From: the human T2T-CHM13v2.0 reference genome, Homo sapiens
DNA length: 64,000 nt
Direction: 5' to 3' (one strand)
NCBI RefSeq assembly: GCF_009914755.1
Contig: NC_060932.1
Below the pieces are notes generated by a model. That model searched no databases. It saw nothing but the letters and a program-made list of their open reading frames with translations, and was not told where the DNA came from. The position numbers were made by a program, and so were the translations under genes. Of the stretch, positions 49,001-62,700 are shown in pieces. Every line of letters begins with the position of its first letter. Position 1 is the stretch's first letter.

Positions 49001-52000
49001 ACAGAAGCATTCTGAGAATCACGTTTGTGATGTGGGTACTCAACTAACAGTGTTGATCCATTCTTTTGATACAGCAGTTTTGAACCACACTTTTTGTAGA
49101 ATCTGCAAGTGGATATTTGGATAGCTGTGAGGATTTCGTTGGAAACGGGAATGTCTTCATAGAAAATTTAGACAGAAGCATTCTCAGAACCTTGATTGTG
49201 ATGTGTGTTCTCCACTAACAGAGTTGAACCTTTCTTTTGACAGAACTGTTCTGAAACATTCTTTTTATAGAATCTGGAAGTGGATATTTGGAAAGCTTTG
49301 AGGATTTCGTTGGAAACGGGAATATCTTCAAATCAAATCTAGCCAGAAGCATTCTAAGAAACAGCTTAGGGATGTTTACATTCAAGTCACAGAGTTGAAC
49401 ATTCCCTTTCACAGAGCAGGTTTGAAACAATCTTCTCGTACTATCTGGCAGTGGACATTTTGAGCTCCTTGGGGCCTATGCTGAAAAAGGAAATATCTTC
49501 CGACAAAAACTAGACAGAAGCATTCGCAGAATCACGTTTGTGATGTGTGCACTCAACTGTCAGAATTGAACCTTGGTTTGGAGAGAGCACTCTTGAAACA
49601 CTCTTTTTGTAGAATCTGCAGGTGGATATTTGGCTAGCTTTGAGGATTTCGTTGGAAACGGTAATGTCTTCAAAGAAAATCTAGACAGAAGCATTCTCAG
49701 AAACACCTTCGTGATGTTTGCAATCAAGTCACAGAGTTGAACCTTCCGTTTCATAGAGCAGGTTGGAAACACTCTTTTTGTAGTATCTGGAAGTGGACAT
49801 TTGGAGTGCTTTCAGGCCTATGGTGAAAAAGGAAATATCTTCCCATAAAAACGACATAGAAGCTATCTCAGGAACTTGTTTATGATGCATCTAATCAACT
49901 AACAGTGTTGAACCTTTGTACTGACAGAGCAGTTTGAAACACTCTTTTTTTGGAATCTGCAAGTGGATATTTGGATCGCTTTGAGGATTTCGTTGGAAAC
50001 GGGATGCAATATAAAACGTACACAGCAGCATACTCAGAAAATACTTTGCCATATTTCCATTCAAGTCACAGAGTGGAACATTCCCATTCATAGAGCAGGT
50101 TGGAAACACTCTTTTTGGAGTATCTGGAAGTGGACATTTGGAGCGCTTTCTGAACTATGGTGAAAAAGGAAATATCTTCCAATGAAAACAAGACAGAAGC
50201 ATTCTGAGAAACTTATTTGTGATGTGTGTCCTCAACAAACGGACTTGAACCTTTCGTTTCATGCAGTACTTCTGGAACACTCTTTTTGAAGATTCTGCAT
50301 GCGGATATTTGGATAGCTTTGAGGATTTCGTTGGAAACGGGCTTACATGTAAAAATTAGACAGCAGCATTCTCAGAAACTTCTTTGTGGTGTCTGCATTC
50401 AAGTCACAGAATTGAACATCCCCTCACATAGAGCAGTTGTGCAGCACTCTATTTGTAGTATCTGGAAGTGGACATTTGGAGGGCTTTGTAGCCTATCTGG
50501 AAAAAGGAAATATCTTCCCATGAATGCGAGATAGATGTAATCTCAGAAACATGTTTATGCTGTATCTACTCAACTAACTGTGCTGAACATTTCTATTGAT
50601 AGAGCAGTTTTGAGACACTCTTCTTTTGGAATCTGCAAGTGGATATTTGGATAGATTTGAGGATTTCGTTGGAAACGGGATTATATATAAAAAGTAGACA
50701 GCAGCATTCTCAGAAACTTCTTTGTGATGTTTGCATCCAGCTCTCAGAGTTGAACATTCCCTTTCATAGAGTAGGTTTGAAACCCTCTTTTTATAGTGTC
50801 TGGAAGCGGGCATTTGGAGCGCTTTCAGGCCTATGCTGAAAAAGGAAATATCTACCTATAGAAACTAGACAGAAGCATTCTGAGAATCACGTTTGTGATG
50901 TGGGTACTCAACTAACAGTGTTGATCCATTCTTTTGATACAGCAGTTTTGAACCACACTTTTTGTAGAATCTGCAAGTGGATATTTGGATAGCTGTGAGG
51001 ATTTCGTTGGAAACGGGAATGTCTTCATAGAAAATTTAGACAGAAGCATTCTCAGAACCTTGATTGTGATGTGTGTTCTCCACTAACAGAGTTGAACCTT
51101 TCTTTTGACAGAACTGTTCTGAAACATTCTTTTTATAGAATCTGGAAGTGGATATTTGGAAAGCTTTGAGGATTTCGTTGGAAACGGGAATATCTTCAAA
51201 TCAAATCTAGCCAGAAGCATTCTAAGAAACAGCTTAGGGATGTTTACATTCAAGTCACAGAGTTGAACATTCCCTTTCACAGAGCAGGTTTGAAACAATC
51301 TTCTCGTACTATCTGGCAGTGGACATTTTGAGCTCCTTGGGGCCTATGCTGAAAAAGGAAATATCTTCCGACAAAAACTAGACAGAAGCATTCGCAGAAT
51401 CACGTTTGTGATGTGTGCACTCAACTGTCAGAATTGAACCTTGGTTTGGAGAGAGCACTCTTGAAACACTCTTTTTGTAGAATCTGCAGGTGGATATTTG
51501 GCTAGCTTTGAGGATTTCGTTGGAAACGGGAATGTCTTCAAAGAAAATCTAGACAGAAGCATTCTCAGAAACACCTTCGTGATGTTTGCAATCAAGTCAC
51601 AGAGTTGAACCTTCCGTTTCATAGAGCAGGTTGGAAACACTCTTTTTGTAGTATCTGGAAGTGGACATTTGGAGTGCTTTCAGGCCTATGGTGAAAAAGG
51701 AAATATCTTCCCATAAAAACGACATAGAAGCTATCTCAGGAACTTGTTTATGATGCATCTAATCAACTAACAGTGTTGAACCTTTGTACTGACAGAGCAG
51801 TTTGAAACACTCTTTTTTTGGAATCTGCAAGTGGATATTTGGATCGCTTTGAGGATTTCGTTGGAAACGGGATGCAATATAAAACGTACACAGCAGCATA
51901 CTCAGAAAATACTTTGCCATATTTCCATTCAAGTCACAGAGTGGAACATTCCCATTCATAGAGCAGGTTGGAAACACTCTTTTTGGAGTATCTGGAAGTG

Positions 52001-53797
52001 GACATTTGGAGCGCTTTCTGAACTATGGTGAAAAAGGAAATATCTTCCAATGAAAACAAGACAGAAGCATTCTGAGAAACTTATTTGTGATGTGTGTCCT
52101 CAACAAACGGACTTGAACCTTTCGTTTCATGCAGTACTTCTGGAACACTCTTTTTGAAGATTCTGCATGCGGATATTTGGATAGCTTTGAGGATTTCGTT
52201 GGAAACGGGCTTACATGTAAAAATTAGACAGCAGCATTCTCAGAAACTTCTTTGTGGTGTCTGCATTCAAGTCACAGAATTGAACATCCCCTCACATAGA
52301 GCAGTTGTGCAGCACTCTATTTGTAGTATCTGGAAGTGGACATTTGGAGGGCTTTGTAGCCTATCTGGAAAAAGGAAATATCTTCCCATGAATGCGAGAT
52401 AGAAGTAATCTCAGAAACATGTTTATGCTGTATCTACTCAACTAACTGTGCTGAACATTTCTATTGATAGAGCAGTTTTGAGACACTCTTCTTTTGGAAT
52501 CTGCAAGTGGATATTTGGATAGATTTGAGGATTTCGTTGGAAACGGGATTATATATAAAAAGTAGACAGCAGCATTCTCAGAAACTTCTTTGTGATGTTT
52601 GCATCCAGCTCTCAGAGTTGAACATTCCCTTTCATAGAGTAGGTTTGAAACCCTCTTTTTATAGTGTCTGGAAGCGGGCATTTGGAGCGCTTTCAGGCCT
52701 ATGCTTAAAATAGGAAATATCTACCTACAGAAACTAGACAGAAGCATTCTGAGAATCACGTTTGTGATGTGGGTACTCAACTAACAGTGTTGATCCATTC
52801 TTTTGATACAGCAGTTTTGAACCACACTTTTTGTAGAATCTGCAAGAGGATATTTGGATAGCTGTGAGGATTTCGTTGGAAACGGGAATGTCTTCAAAGA
52901 AAATCTAGACAGAAGCATTCTCAGAAACACCTTCGTGATGTTTGCAATCAAGTCACAGAGTTGAACCTTCCGTTTCATAGAGCAGGTTGGAAACACTCTT
53001 ATTGTAGTATCTGGAAGTGGACATTTGGAGCGCTTTCAGGCCTATGGTGAAAAAGGAAATATCTTCCCATAAAAACGACATAGAAGCTATCTCAGGAACT
53101 TGTTTATGATGCATCTAATCAACTAACAGTGTTGAACCTTTGTACTGACAGAGCACTTTGAAACACTCTTTTTTTGGAATCTGCAAGTGGATATTTGGAT
53201 CGCTTTGAGGATTTCGTTGGAAACGGGATGCAATATAAAACGTACACAGCAGCATACTCAGAAAATACTTTGCCATATTTCCATTCAAGTCACAGAGTGG
53301 AACATTCCCATTCATAGAGCAGGTTGGAAACACTCTTTTTGGAGTATCTGGAAGTGGACATTTGGAGCGCTTTCTGAACTATGGTGAAAAAGGAAATATC
53401 TTCCAATGAAAACAAGACAGAAGCATTCTGAGAAACTTATTTGTGATGTGTGTCCTCAACAAACGGACTTGAACCTTTCGTTTCATGCAGTACTTCTGGA
53501 ACACTCTTTTTGAAGATTCTGCATGCGGATATTTGGATAGCTTTGAGGATTTCGTTGGAAACGGGCTTACATGTAAAAATTAGACAGCAGCATTCTCAGA
53601 AACTTCTTTGTGGTGTCTGCATTCAAGTCACAGAATTGAACTTCCCCTCACATAGAGCAGTTGTGCAGCACTCTATTTGTAGTATCTGGAAGTGGACATT
53701 TGGAGGGCTTTGTAGCCTATCTGGAAAAAGGAAATATCTTCCCATGAATGCGAGATAGAAGTAATCTCAGAAACATGTTTATGCTGTATCTACTCAA
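43096..53797 (+). repeat. HOR run 7-11-8-7-11-11-8 (4417 bp period plus one extra 11-mer)
   Basis: Anchors at 43096, 44289, 46157, 47513, 48706, 50574, 52442 and 53798. Confidence 0.9.
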
Positions 53798-56700
53798 CTA
53801 ACTGTGCTGAACATTTCTATTGATAGAGCAGTTTTGAGACCCTCTTCTTTTGGAATCTGCAAGTGGATATTTGGATAGATTTGAGGATTTCGTTGGAAAC
53901 GGGATTATATATAAAAAGTAGACAGCAGCATTCTCAGAAACTTCTTTGTGATGTTTGCATCCAGCTCTCAGAGTTGAACATTCCCTTTCATAGAGTAGGT
54001 TTGAAACCCTCTTTTTATAGTGTCTGGAAGCGGGCATTTGGAGCGCTTTCAGGCCTATGCTGAAAAAGGAGATATCTACCTATAGAAACTAGACAGAAGC
54101 ATTCTGAGAATCACGTTTGTGATGTGGGTACTCAACTAACAGTGTTGATCCATTCTTTTGATACAGCAGTTTTGAACCACACTTTTTGTAGAATCTGCAA
54201 GTGGATATTTGGATAGCTGTGAGGATTTCGTTGGAAACGGGAATGTCTTCATAGAAAATTTAGAGAGAAGCATTCTCAGAACCTTGATTGTGATGTGTGT
54301 TCTCCACTAACAGAGTTGAACCTTTCTTTTGACAGAACTGTTCTGAAACATTCTTTTTATAGAATCTGGAAGTGGATATTTGGAAAGCTTTGAGGATTTC
54401 GTTGGAAACGGGAATATCTTCAAATCAAATCTAGCCAGAAGCATTCTAAGAAACATCTTAGGGATGTTTACATTCAAGTCACAGAGTTGAACATTCCCTT
54501 TCACAGAGCAGGTTTGAAACAATCTTCTCGTACTATCTGGCAGTGGACATTTTGAGCTCTTTGGGGCCTATGCTGAAAAAGGAAATATCTTCCGACAAAA
54601 ACTAGACAGAAGCATTCGCAGAATCACGTTTGTGATGTGTGCACTCAACTGTCAGAATTGAACCTTGGTTTGGAGAGAGCACTTTTGAAACACTCTTTTT
54701 GTAGAATCTGCAGGTGGATATTTGGCTAGCTTTGAGGATTTCGTTGGAAACGGTAATGTCTTCAAAGAAAATCTAGACAGAAGCATTCTCAGAAACACCT
54801 TCGTGATGTTTGCAATCAAGTCACAGAGTTGAACCTTCCGTTTCATAGAGCAGGTTGGAAACACACTTTTTGTAGTATCTGGAAGTGGACATTTGGAGGG
54901 CTTTGTAGCCTATCTGGAAAAAGGAAATATCTTCCCATGAATGCGAGATAGAAGTAATCTCAGAAACATGTTTATGCTGTATCTACTCAACTAACTGTGC
55001 TGAACATTTCTATTGATAGAGCAGTTTTGAGACACTCTTCTTTTGGAATCTGCAAGTGGATATTTGGATAGATTTGAGGATTTCGTTGGAAACGGGATTA
55101 TATATAAAAAGTAGACAGCAGCATTCTCAGAAACTTCTTTGTGATGTTTGCATCCAGCTCTCAGAGTTGAACATTCCCTTTCATAGAGTAGGTTTGAAAC
55201 CCTCTTTTTATAGTGTCTGGAAGCGGGCATTTGGAGCGCTTTCAGGCCTATGCTTAAAATAGGAAATATCTACCTACAGAAACTAGACAGAAGCATTCTG
55301 AGAATCACGTTTGTGATGTGGGTACTCAACTAACAGTGTTGATCCATTCTTTTGATACAGCAGTTTTGAACCACACTTTTTGTAGAATCTGCAAGAGGAT
55401 ATTTGGATAGCTGTGAGGATTTCGTTGGAAACGGGAATGTCTTCAAAGAAAATCTAGACAGAAGCATTCTCAGAAACACCTTCGTGATGTTTGCAATCAA
55501 GTCACAGAGTTGAACCTTCCGTTTCATAGAGCAGGTTGGAAACACTCTTATTGTAGTATCTGGAAGTGGACATTTGGAGCGCTTTCAGGCCTATGGTGAA
55601 AAAGGAAATATCTTCCCATAAAAACGACATAGAAGCTATCTCAGGAACTTGTTTATGATGCATCTAATCAACTAACAGTGTTGAACCTTTGTACTGACAG
55701 AGCACTTTGAAACACTCTTTTTTTGGAATCTGCAAGTGGATATTTGGATCGCTTTGAGGATTTCGTTGGAAACGGGATGCAATATAAAACGTACACAGCA
55801 GCATACTCAGAAAATACTTTGCCATATTTCCATTCAAGTCACAGAGTGGAACATTCCCATTCATAGAGCAGGTTGGAAACACTCTTTTTGGAGTATCTGG
55901 AAGTGGACATTTGGAGCGCTTTCTGAACTATGGTGAAAAAGGAAATATCTTCCAATGAAAACAAGACAGAAGCATTCTGAGAAACTTATTTGTGATGTGT
56001 GTCCTCAACAAACGGACTTGAACCTTTCGTTTCATGCAGTACTTCTGGAACACTCTTTTTGAAGATTCTGCATGCGGATATTTGGATAGCTTTGAGGATT
56101 TCGTTGGAAACGGGCTTACATGTAAAAATTAGACAGCAGCATTCTCAGAAACTTCTTTGTGGTGTCTGCATTCAAGTCACAGAATTGAACTTCCCCTCAC
56201 ATAGAGCAGTTGTGCAGCACTCTATTTGTAGTATCTGGAAGTGGACATTTGGAGGGCTTTGTAGCCTATCTGGAAAAAGGAAATATCTTCCCATGAATGC
56301 GAGATAGAAGTAATCTCAGAAACATGTTTATGCTGTATCTACTCAACTAACTGTGCTGAACATTTCTATTGATAGAGCAGTTTTGAGACCCTCTTCTTTT
56401 GGAATCTGCAAGTGGATATTTGGATAGATTTGAGGATTTCGTTGGAAACGGGATTATATATAAAAAGTAGACAGCAGCATTCTCAGAAACTTCTTTGTGA
56501 TGTTTGCATCCAGCTCTCAGAGTTGAACATTCCCTTTCATAGAGTAGGTTTGAAACCCTCTTTTTATAGTGTCTGGAAGCGGGCATTTGGAGCGCTTTCA
56601 GGCCTATGCTGAAAAAGGAGATATCTACCTATAGAAACTAGACAGAAGCATTCTGAGAATCACGTTTGTGATGTGGGTACTCAACTAACAGTGTTGATCC

Positions 56701-59700
56701 ATTCTTTTGATACAGCAGTTTTGAACCACACTTTTTGTAGAATCTGCAAGTGGATATTTGGATAGCTGTGAGGATTTCGTTGGAAACGGGAATGTCTTCA
56801 TAGAAAATTTAGAGAGAAGCATTCTCAGAACCTTGATTGTGATGTGTGTTCTCCACTAACAGAGTTGAACCTTTCTTTTGACAGAACTGTTCTGAAACAT
56901 TCTTTTTATAGAATCTGGAAGTGGATATTTGGAAAGCTTTGAGGATTTCGTTGGAAACGGGAATATCTTCAAATAAAATCTAGCCAGAAGCATTCTAAGA
57001 AACATCTTAGGGATGTTTACATTCAAGTCACAGAGTTGAACATTCCCTTTCACAGAGCAGGTTTGAAACAATCTTCTCGTACTATCTGGCAGTGGACATT
57101 TTGAGCTCTTTGGGGCCTATGCTGAAAAAGGAAATATCTTCCGACAAAAACTAGACAGAAGCATTCGCAGAATCACGTTTGTGATGTGTGCACTCAACTG
57201 TCAGAATTGAACCTTGGTTTGGAGAGAGCACTTTTGAAACACTCTTTTTGTAGAATCTGCAGGTGGATATTTGGCTAGCTTTGAGGATTTCGTTGGAAAC
57301 GGTAATGTCTTCAAAGAAAATCTAGACAGAAGCATTCTCAGAAACACCTTCGTGATGTTTGCAATCAAGTCACAGAGTTGAACCTTCCGTTTCATAGAGC
57401 AGGTTGGAAACACACTTTTTGTAGTATCTGGAAGTGGACATTTGGAGGGCTTTGTAGCCTATCTGGAAAAAGGAAATATCTTCCCATGAATGCGAGATAG
57501 AAGTAATCTCAGAAACATGTTTATGCTGTATCTACTCAACTAACTGTGCTGAACATTTCTATTGATAGAGCAGTTTTGAGACACTCTTCTTTTGGAATCT
57601 GCAAGTGGATATTTGGATAGATTTGAGGATTTCGTTGGAAACGGGATTATATATAAAAAGTAGACAGCAGCATTCTCAGAAACTTCTTTGTGATGTTTGC
57701 ATCCAGCTCCCAGAGTTGAACATTCCCTTTCATAGAGTAGGTTTGAAACCCTCTTTTTATAGTGTCTGGAAGCGGGCATTTGGAGCGCTTTCAGGCCTAT
57801 GCTGAAAAAGGAAATATCTACCTATAGAAACTAGACAGAAGCATTCTGAGAATCACGTTTGTGATGTGGGTACTCAACTAACAGTGTTGATCCATTCTTT
57901 TGATACAGCAGTTTTGAACCACACTTTTTGTAGAATCTGCAAGTGGATATTTGGATAGCTGTGAGGATTTCGTTGGAAACGGGAATGTCTTCATAGAAAA
58001 TTTAGACAGAAGCATTCTCAGAACCTTGATTGTGATGTGTGTTCTCCACTAACAGAGCTGAACCTTTCTTTTGACAGAACTGTTCTGAAACATTCTTTTT
58101 ATAGAATCTGGAAGTGGATATTTGGAAAGCTTTGAGGATTTCGTTGGAAACGGGAATATCTTCAAATCAAATCTAGCCAGAAGCATTCTAAGAAACATCT
58201 TAGGGATGTTTACATTCAAGTCACAGAGTTGAACATTCCCTTTCACAGAGCAGGTTTGAAACAATCTTCTCGTACTATCTGGCAGTGGACATTTTGAGCT
58301 CTTTGGGGCCTATGCTGAAAAAGGAAATATCTTCCGACAAAAACTAGACAGAAGCATTCGCAGAATCACGTTTGTGATGTGTGCACTCAACTGTCAGAAT
58401 TGAACCTTGGTTTGGAGAGAGCACTTTTGAAACACTCTTTTTGTAGAATCTGCAGGTGGATATTTGGCTAGCTTTGAGGATTTCGTTGGAAACGGTAATG
58501 TCTTCAAAGAAAATCTAGACAGAAGCATTCTCAGAAACACCTTCGTGATGTTTGCAATCAAGTCACAGAGTTGAACCTTCCGTTTCATAGAGCAGGTTGG
58601 AAACACACTTTTTGTAGTATCTGGAAGTGGACATTTGGAGGGCTTTGTAGCCTATCTGGAAAAAGGAAATATCTTCCCATGAATGCGAGATAGAAGTAAT
58701 CTCAGAAACATGTTTATGCTGTATCTACTCAACTAACTGTGCTGAACATTTCTATTGATAGAGCAGTTTTGAGACACTCTTCTTTTGGAATCTGCAAGTG
58801 GATATTTGGATAGATTTGAGGATTTCGTTGGAAACGGGATTATATATAAAAAGTAGACAGCAGCATTCTCAGAAACTTCTTTGTGATGTTTGCATCCAGC
58901 TCTCAGAGTTGAACATTCCCTTTCATAGAGTAGGTTTGAAACCCTCTTTTTATAGTGTCTGGAAGCGGGCATTTGGAGCGCTTTCAGGCCTATGCTTAAA
59001 ATAGGAAATATCTACCTACAGAAACTAGACAGAAGCATTCTGAGAATCACGTTTGTGATGTGGGTACTCAACTAACAGTGTTGATCCATTCTTTTGATAC
59101 AGCAGTTTTGAACCACACTTTTTGTAGAATCTGCAAGAGGATATTTGGATAGCTGTGAGGATTTCGTTGGAAACGGGAATGTCTTCAAAGAAAATCTAGA
59201 CAGAAGCATTCTCAGAAACACCTTCGTGATGTTTGCAATCAAGTCACAGAGTTGAACCTTCCGTTTCATAGAGCAGGTTGGAAACACTCTTATTGTAGTA
59301 TCTGGAAGTGGACATTTGGAGCGCTTTCAGGCCTACGGTGAAAAAGGAAATATCTTCCCATAAAAACGACATAGAATCTATCTCAGGAACTTGTTTATGA
59401 TGCATCTAATCAACTAACAGTGTTGAACCTTTGTACTGACAGAGCACTTTGAAACACTCTTTTTTTGGAATCTGCAAGTGGATATTTGGATCGCTTTGAG
59501 GATTTCGTTGGAAACGGGATGCAATATAAAACGTACACAGCAGCATACTCAGAAAATACTTTGCCATATTTCCATTCAAGTCACAGAGTGGAACATTCCC
59601 ATTCATAGAGCAGGTTGGAAACACTCTTTTTGGAGTATCTGGAAGTGGACATTTGGAGCGCTTTCTGAACTATGGTGAAAAAGGAAATATCTTCCAATGA

Positions 59701-62700
59701 AAACAAGACAGAAGCATTCTGAGAAACTTATTTGTGATGTGTGTCCTCAACAAACGGACTTGAACCTTTCGTTTCATGCAGTACTTCTGGAACACTCTTT
59801 TTGAAGATTCTGCATGCGGATATTTGGATAGCTTTGAGGATTTCGTTGGAAACGGGCTTACATGTAAAAATTAGACAGCAGCATTCTCAGAAACTTCTTT
59901 GTGGTGTCTGCATTCAAGTCACAGAATTGAACTTCCCCTCACATAGAGCAGTTGTGCAGCACTCTATTTGTAGTATCTGGAAGTGGACATTTGGAGGGCT
60001 TTGTAGCCGATCTGGAAAAAGGAAATATCTTCCCATGAATGCGAGATAGAAGTAATCTCAGAAACATGTTTATGCTGTATCTACTCAACTAACTGTGCTG
60101 AACATTTCTATTGATAGAGCAGTTTTGAGACCCTCTTCTTTTGGAATCTGCAAGTGGATATTTGGATAGATTTGAGGATTTCGTTGGAAACGGGATTATA
60201 TATAAAAAGTAGACAGCAGCATTCTCAGAAACTTCTTTGTGATGTTTGCATCCAGCTCTCAGAGTTGAACATTCCCTTTCATAGAGTAGGTTTGAAACCC
60301 TCTTTTTATAGTGTCTGGAAGCGGGCATTTGGAGCGCTTTCAGGCCTATGCTGAAAAAGGAGATATCTACCTATAGAAACTAGACAGAAGCATTCCGAGA
60401 ATCACGTTTGTGATGTGGGTACTCAACTAACAGTGTTGATCCATTCTTTTGATACAGCAGTTTTGAACCACACTTTTTGTAGAATCTGCAAGTGGATATT
60501 TGGATAGCTGTGAGGATTTCGTTGGAAACGGGAATGTCTTCATAGAAAATTTAGAGAGAAGCATTCTCAGAACCTTGATTGTGATGTGTGTTCTCCACTA
60601 ACAGAGTTGAACCTTTCTTTTGACAGAACTGTTCTGAAACATTCTTTTTATAGAATCTGGAAGTGGATATTTGGAAAGCTTTGAGGATTTCGTTGGAAAC
60701 GGGAATATCTTCAAATAAAATCTAGCCAGAAGCATTCTAAGAAACATCTTAGGGATGTTTACATTCAAGTCACAGAGTTGAACATTCCCTTTCACAGAGC
60801 AGGTTTGAAACAATCTTCTCGTACTATCTGGCAGTGGACATTTTGAGCTCTTTGGGGCCTATGCTGAAAAAGGAAATATCTTCCGACAAAAACTAGACAG
60901 AAGCATTCGCAGAATCACGTTTGTGATGTGTGCACTCAACTGTCAGAATTGAACCTTGGTTTGGAGAGAGCACTTTTGAAACACTCTTTTTGTAGAATCT
61001 GCAGGTGGATATTTGGCTAGCTTTGAGGATTTCGTTGGAAACGGTAATGTCTTCAAAGAAAATCTAGACAGAAGCATTCTCAGAAACACCTTCGTGATGT
61101 TTGCAATCAAGTCACAGAGTTGAACCTTCCGTTTCATAGAGCAGGTTGGAAACACACTTTTTGTAGTATCTGGAAGTGGACATTTGGAGGGCTTTGTAGC
61201 CTATCTGGAAAAAGGAAATATCTTCCCATGAATGCGAGATAGAAGTAATCTCAGAAACATGTTTATGCTGTATCTACTCAACTAACTGTGCTGAACATTT
61301 CTATTGATAGAGCAGTTTTGAGACACTCTTCTTTTGGAATCTGCAAGTGGATATTTGGATAGATTTGAGGATTTCGTTGGAAACGGGATTATATATAAAA
61401 AGTAGACAGCAGCATTCTCAGAAACTTCTTTGTGATGTTTGCATCTAGCTCCCAGAGTTGAACATTCCCTTTCATAGAGTAGTTTTGAAACCCTCTTTTT
61501 ATAGTGTCTGGAAGCGGGCATTTGGAGCGCTTTCAGGCCTATGCTGAAAAAGGAAATATCTACCTATAGAAACTAGACAGAAGCATTCTGAGAATCACGT
61601 TTGTGATGTGGGTACTCAACTAACAGTGTTGATCCATTCTTTTGATACAGCAGTTTTGAACCACACTTTTTGTAGAATCTGCAAGTGGATATTTGGATAG
61701 CTGTGAGGATTTCGTTGGAAACGGGAATGTCTTCATAGAAAATTTAGACAGAAGCATTCTCAGAACCTTGATTGTGATGTGTGTTCTCCACTAACAGAGT
61801 TGAACCTTTCTTTTGACAGAACTGTTCTGAAACATTCTTTTTATAGAATCTGGAAGTGGATATTTGGAAAGCTTTGAGGATTTCGTTGGAAACGGGAATA
61901 TCTTCAAATCAAATCTAGCCAGAAGCATTCTAAGAAACAGCTTAGGGATGTTTACATTCAAGTCACAGAGTTGAACATTCCCTTTCACAGAGCAGGTTTG
62001 AAACAATCTTCTCGTACTATCTGGCAGTGGACATTTTGAGCTCCTTGGGGCCTATGCTGAAAAAGGAAATATCTTCCGACAAAAACTAGACAGAAGCATT
62101 CGCAAAATCACGTTTGTGATGTGTGCACTCAACTGTCAGAATTGAACCTTGGTTTGGAGAGAGCACTTTTGAAACACTCTTTTTGTAGAATCTGCAGGTG
62201 GATATTTGGCTAGCTTTGAGGATTTCGTTGGAAACGGTAATGTCTTCAAAGAAAATCTAGACAGAAGCATTCTCAGAAACACCTTCGTGATGTTTGCAAT
62301 CAAGTCACAGAGTTGAACCTTCCGTTTCATAGAGCAGGTTGGAAACACTCTTTTTGTAGTATCTGGAAGTGGACATTTGGAGGGCTTTGTAGCCTATCTG
62401 GAAAAAGGAAATATCTTCCCATGAATGCGAGATAGAAGTAATCTCAGAAACATGTTTATGCTGTATCTACTCAACTAACTGTGCTGAACATTTCTATTGA
62501 TAGAGCAGTTTTGAGACACTCTTCTTTTGGAATCTGCAAGTGGATATTTGGATAGATTTGAGGATTTCGTTGGAAACGGGATTATATATAAAAAGTAGAC
62601 AGCAGCATTCTCAGAAACTTCTTTGTGATGTTTGCATCCAGCTCTCAGAGTTGAACATTCCCTTTCATAGAGTAGGTTTGAAACCCTCTTTTTATAGTGT

